Source of the DNA: Spongospora subterranea f. sp. subterranea
Taxonomy: Eukaryota
Direction: 5' to 3'
NCBI GenBank assembly: GCA_049724395.1
Contig: JAUGWO010000040.1
Location: forward strand, 1-64,000
Length of the DNA: 64,000 bases
Shown here: in pieces, positions 61,910-64,000 of the stretch
Layout of the letters: each line of letters opens with the position of its first letter
Numbering within the stretch: position 1 is the stretch's first letter
Notes under the pieces: model-generated
What the model saw: only the letters and a program-made list of their open reading frames with translations
Database searches by the model: none
What the model was told of the DNA's origin: nothing
Translations under genes and position numbers: made by a program

Positions 61910-63605
61910 CCGGAGAAGTTGTGTGCCGCGAGAATTACCTTTCCGAAACCAATGTTGGAGCGCATCAGAACTAACCAGAAATCGGACGCATTCGTTCAAG
62001 ACATCATTTCGAGATTGCCCATAGACAATTTTCGACTACACGACGACGCCCTTTACAAGGACCAAGCACTCGTCGTGGCGGGAGAGGACTGTAAACTCGA
62101 CATTCTCAGAGTACGTCACGACGCTCCAGTAAGCGGCCATTTCGGGGTCTCCAAGACCATCAAGTCGGTAGGACGAGAGTACTGGTGGCCCGGAATGACC
62201 TGCTACGTTAAGAATCATGTGAAATCGTGCGATTTTTGTGGCCGAGCCAAATCCAGTATCGTCATCGACCACACGGGTTGCTCTGCCCATTGCCGGTTCC
62301 CGATGATATTTGGCGCTCAATCACCATGGACTTCATCGTCAAGTTGCCAAAATCTAAAGGTTTCGATTCAATTTTAGTCGTGGTGGATCGATTGTCCAAG
62401 ATGAGTCATTTCATCCCTTGTAAAGAATCGCTCACTGCTGCAGGGTTAGTCTACTTGCTATTACAGAATGTGTTCAAACTACATGGACTACCAGACGAGA
62501 TTATTTCAGACCGTGGACCTCAATTCGTCTCGAAGTTTTGGAAACAACTTTTATCTCGACTTAAGATCGATAGGAAACTCGCATCCTCTCGACACCCGCA
62601 GACCGATGGACAAACCGAACGAGTGAACCAAATCCTGGAACAGTACATACGTTGTTTTATCAATTTTCAACAGGACGACTGGGCGGATTTATTACCCATG
62701 GCCGAGTTCGCCTACAATAATGCCGATCACTCGGCGACGAAGATGACGCCATTTTTCGCGGTTTACGATTCCCATCCCCGATTCGACGATGCGACAACGT
62801 GTTCCGTTAGTACCCATCCTTTGGCTGACGATCGCGCGAATCACATTAACAATGTGCGACAATTCCTTAAGACACAGCTCCAACGCGCAGCCCGGGATAT
62901 GAAGCGTTTTGCAGACAAAAAAAGATTACCGCATCCAAACTACGCTGTAGGCGATAAGGTTTGGTTAAGCTCCAACGGCATCTCGACTAACCGTCCAAGT
63001 GTTAAAATAAGCAGTCGCAAACTTGGGCCTTATAGGATAACCGAGATCATTAATCCAGTTACCTATAGGTTATCATTGCCTGACACGTCCAAGCTCCATA
63101 ATGCCTTCCACACCGCACTGCTGTCACCCTATATAGAGAATGATATCCCAGAGCGTACTCAACCGCCACCGCCTCCCGTGTTCCTCGATTCTCATAACCC
63201 TGAACCACTCTATATTGTCCATGCAGTCCTCGACTTTCGGTGGTACCGAAACCAACTCCAGTACTATCTCGATTGGGAGAACTATCCACCATCGGAGCGA
63301 TCGTGGGAACCGGCATGACGCCTCGGCGCAACGCCGGCATTGCAGGAAGCGATTCAGAAATTTCCTGCCCAGTATCCCCTTAAGCCGGGCCGTCCTTAAG
63401 GAGGTGGTGATGTCAGGAATATTTCATATATTCCTAACTCGCGCAGTTCAGACGCAGTTTTCGGACAAGAATTGACCAATAGAAGGTAATTCTTGTCAAC
63501 ACCTCGCTCAGGCATCAATAAATCGCTAGTTATATCAACTGCTCTGGCTTGTTCTAACACAGCAGCCAGGCAGAGACGAAACTGAGAGTGACAACGTTTC
63601 TGACA
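61910..63605 (+). mobile_element. 3' half of a chromoviral gypsy element: integrase, chromodomain, PPT, 3' LTR
   Basis: HDAPVSGHFG, YWWPGM, MDFI, SDRGPQF, DGQTER, GPY, YYLDWENYPPSERSWEP; PPT aaggaggtggtga (~63398-63410); LTR tgtcagg...ctgaca at 63411-63605. Confidence 0.9.
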
Positions 63606-63632
63606 GACAACGGGTCCGAATTGTAAATCGCG

Positions 63633-64000
63633 ATGGTATGGTATGGTATACAAAGGATCGCGGGTCCTTATGGGTTGAAAGCCTGTGTACTACCAGGCTT
63701 TCCCTACATGCGCCTGGCCGCTACAAGTAGCTTGGGTATCCAGTGAAAAAACCTATTAGACCTGGATTCAGCAACATAATCTGTCCTAACGACCACACCG
63801 AATGGGACCTGCCCCCACCTAATTACATTGCCTATCCAGAGTTTCCGAGTTTACTGCAAGCAGCTCGCTCTCCCACATTCATCAGACGCCACGTGGTCAG
63901 ACCTTCGTGCTCAACATTCACTCTACTTTTCCGTATTGGATGCAACCTTGGGGGGTCTCCCAAAATTCCATCACTCACGGGGTTTCGAACTCATGTCCAA
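63633..64000 (-). mobile_element. Second copy of the (ATACC)n-tailed SINE, running off the window end
   Basis: Reverse-complement similarity to 56374-56768 along its length. Confidence 0.78.

Overview
Eukaryotic, transposon-dense genomic DNA. It has short GT-AG introns and no operons, rRNA, tRNA genes or CRISPR; the species cannot be determined from this window. Two intron-rich host genes are recognisable: an IST1-like ESCRT-III regulator (+, 7942-9834) and BOP1/ERB1 (-, 14245-16983). There is also an ankyrin-like fragment and a possible frameshifted small secreted protein. The rest is nested mobile elements. DNA transposons: a Mutator-like transposase with a C-terminal USP-like protease, DD39D mariners, pogo, Harbinger, hAT, and a second MULE with TIRs. 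Retroelements: one largely intact Copia and one Copia relic, about five Ty3/gypsy elements, a ~7.5 kb I-group-like LINE, and tRNA-head SINEs. At least eight tandem arrays sit in TE termini or TE coding sequence. The most notable items are: (i) the LINE carries an OTU protease domain ahead of APE-RT-RNase H, encodes its gag zinc knuckles in an overlapping -1 frame, and holds an inverted copy of part of ORF1; (ii) SINEs share one head but have different tails, one matching this LINE's 3' end; (iii) a second deubiquitinase-like (USP) domain is fused to a DNA transposase. Noisy repeat units and mosaic segments suggest consensus errors, so some frameshifts may be artefacts.
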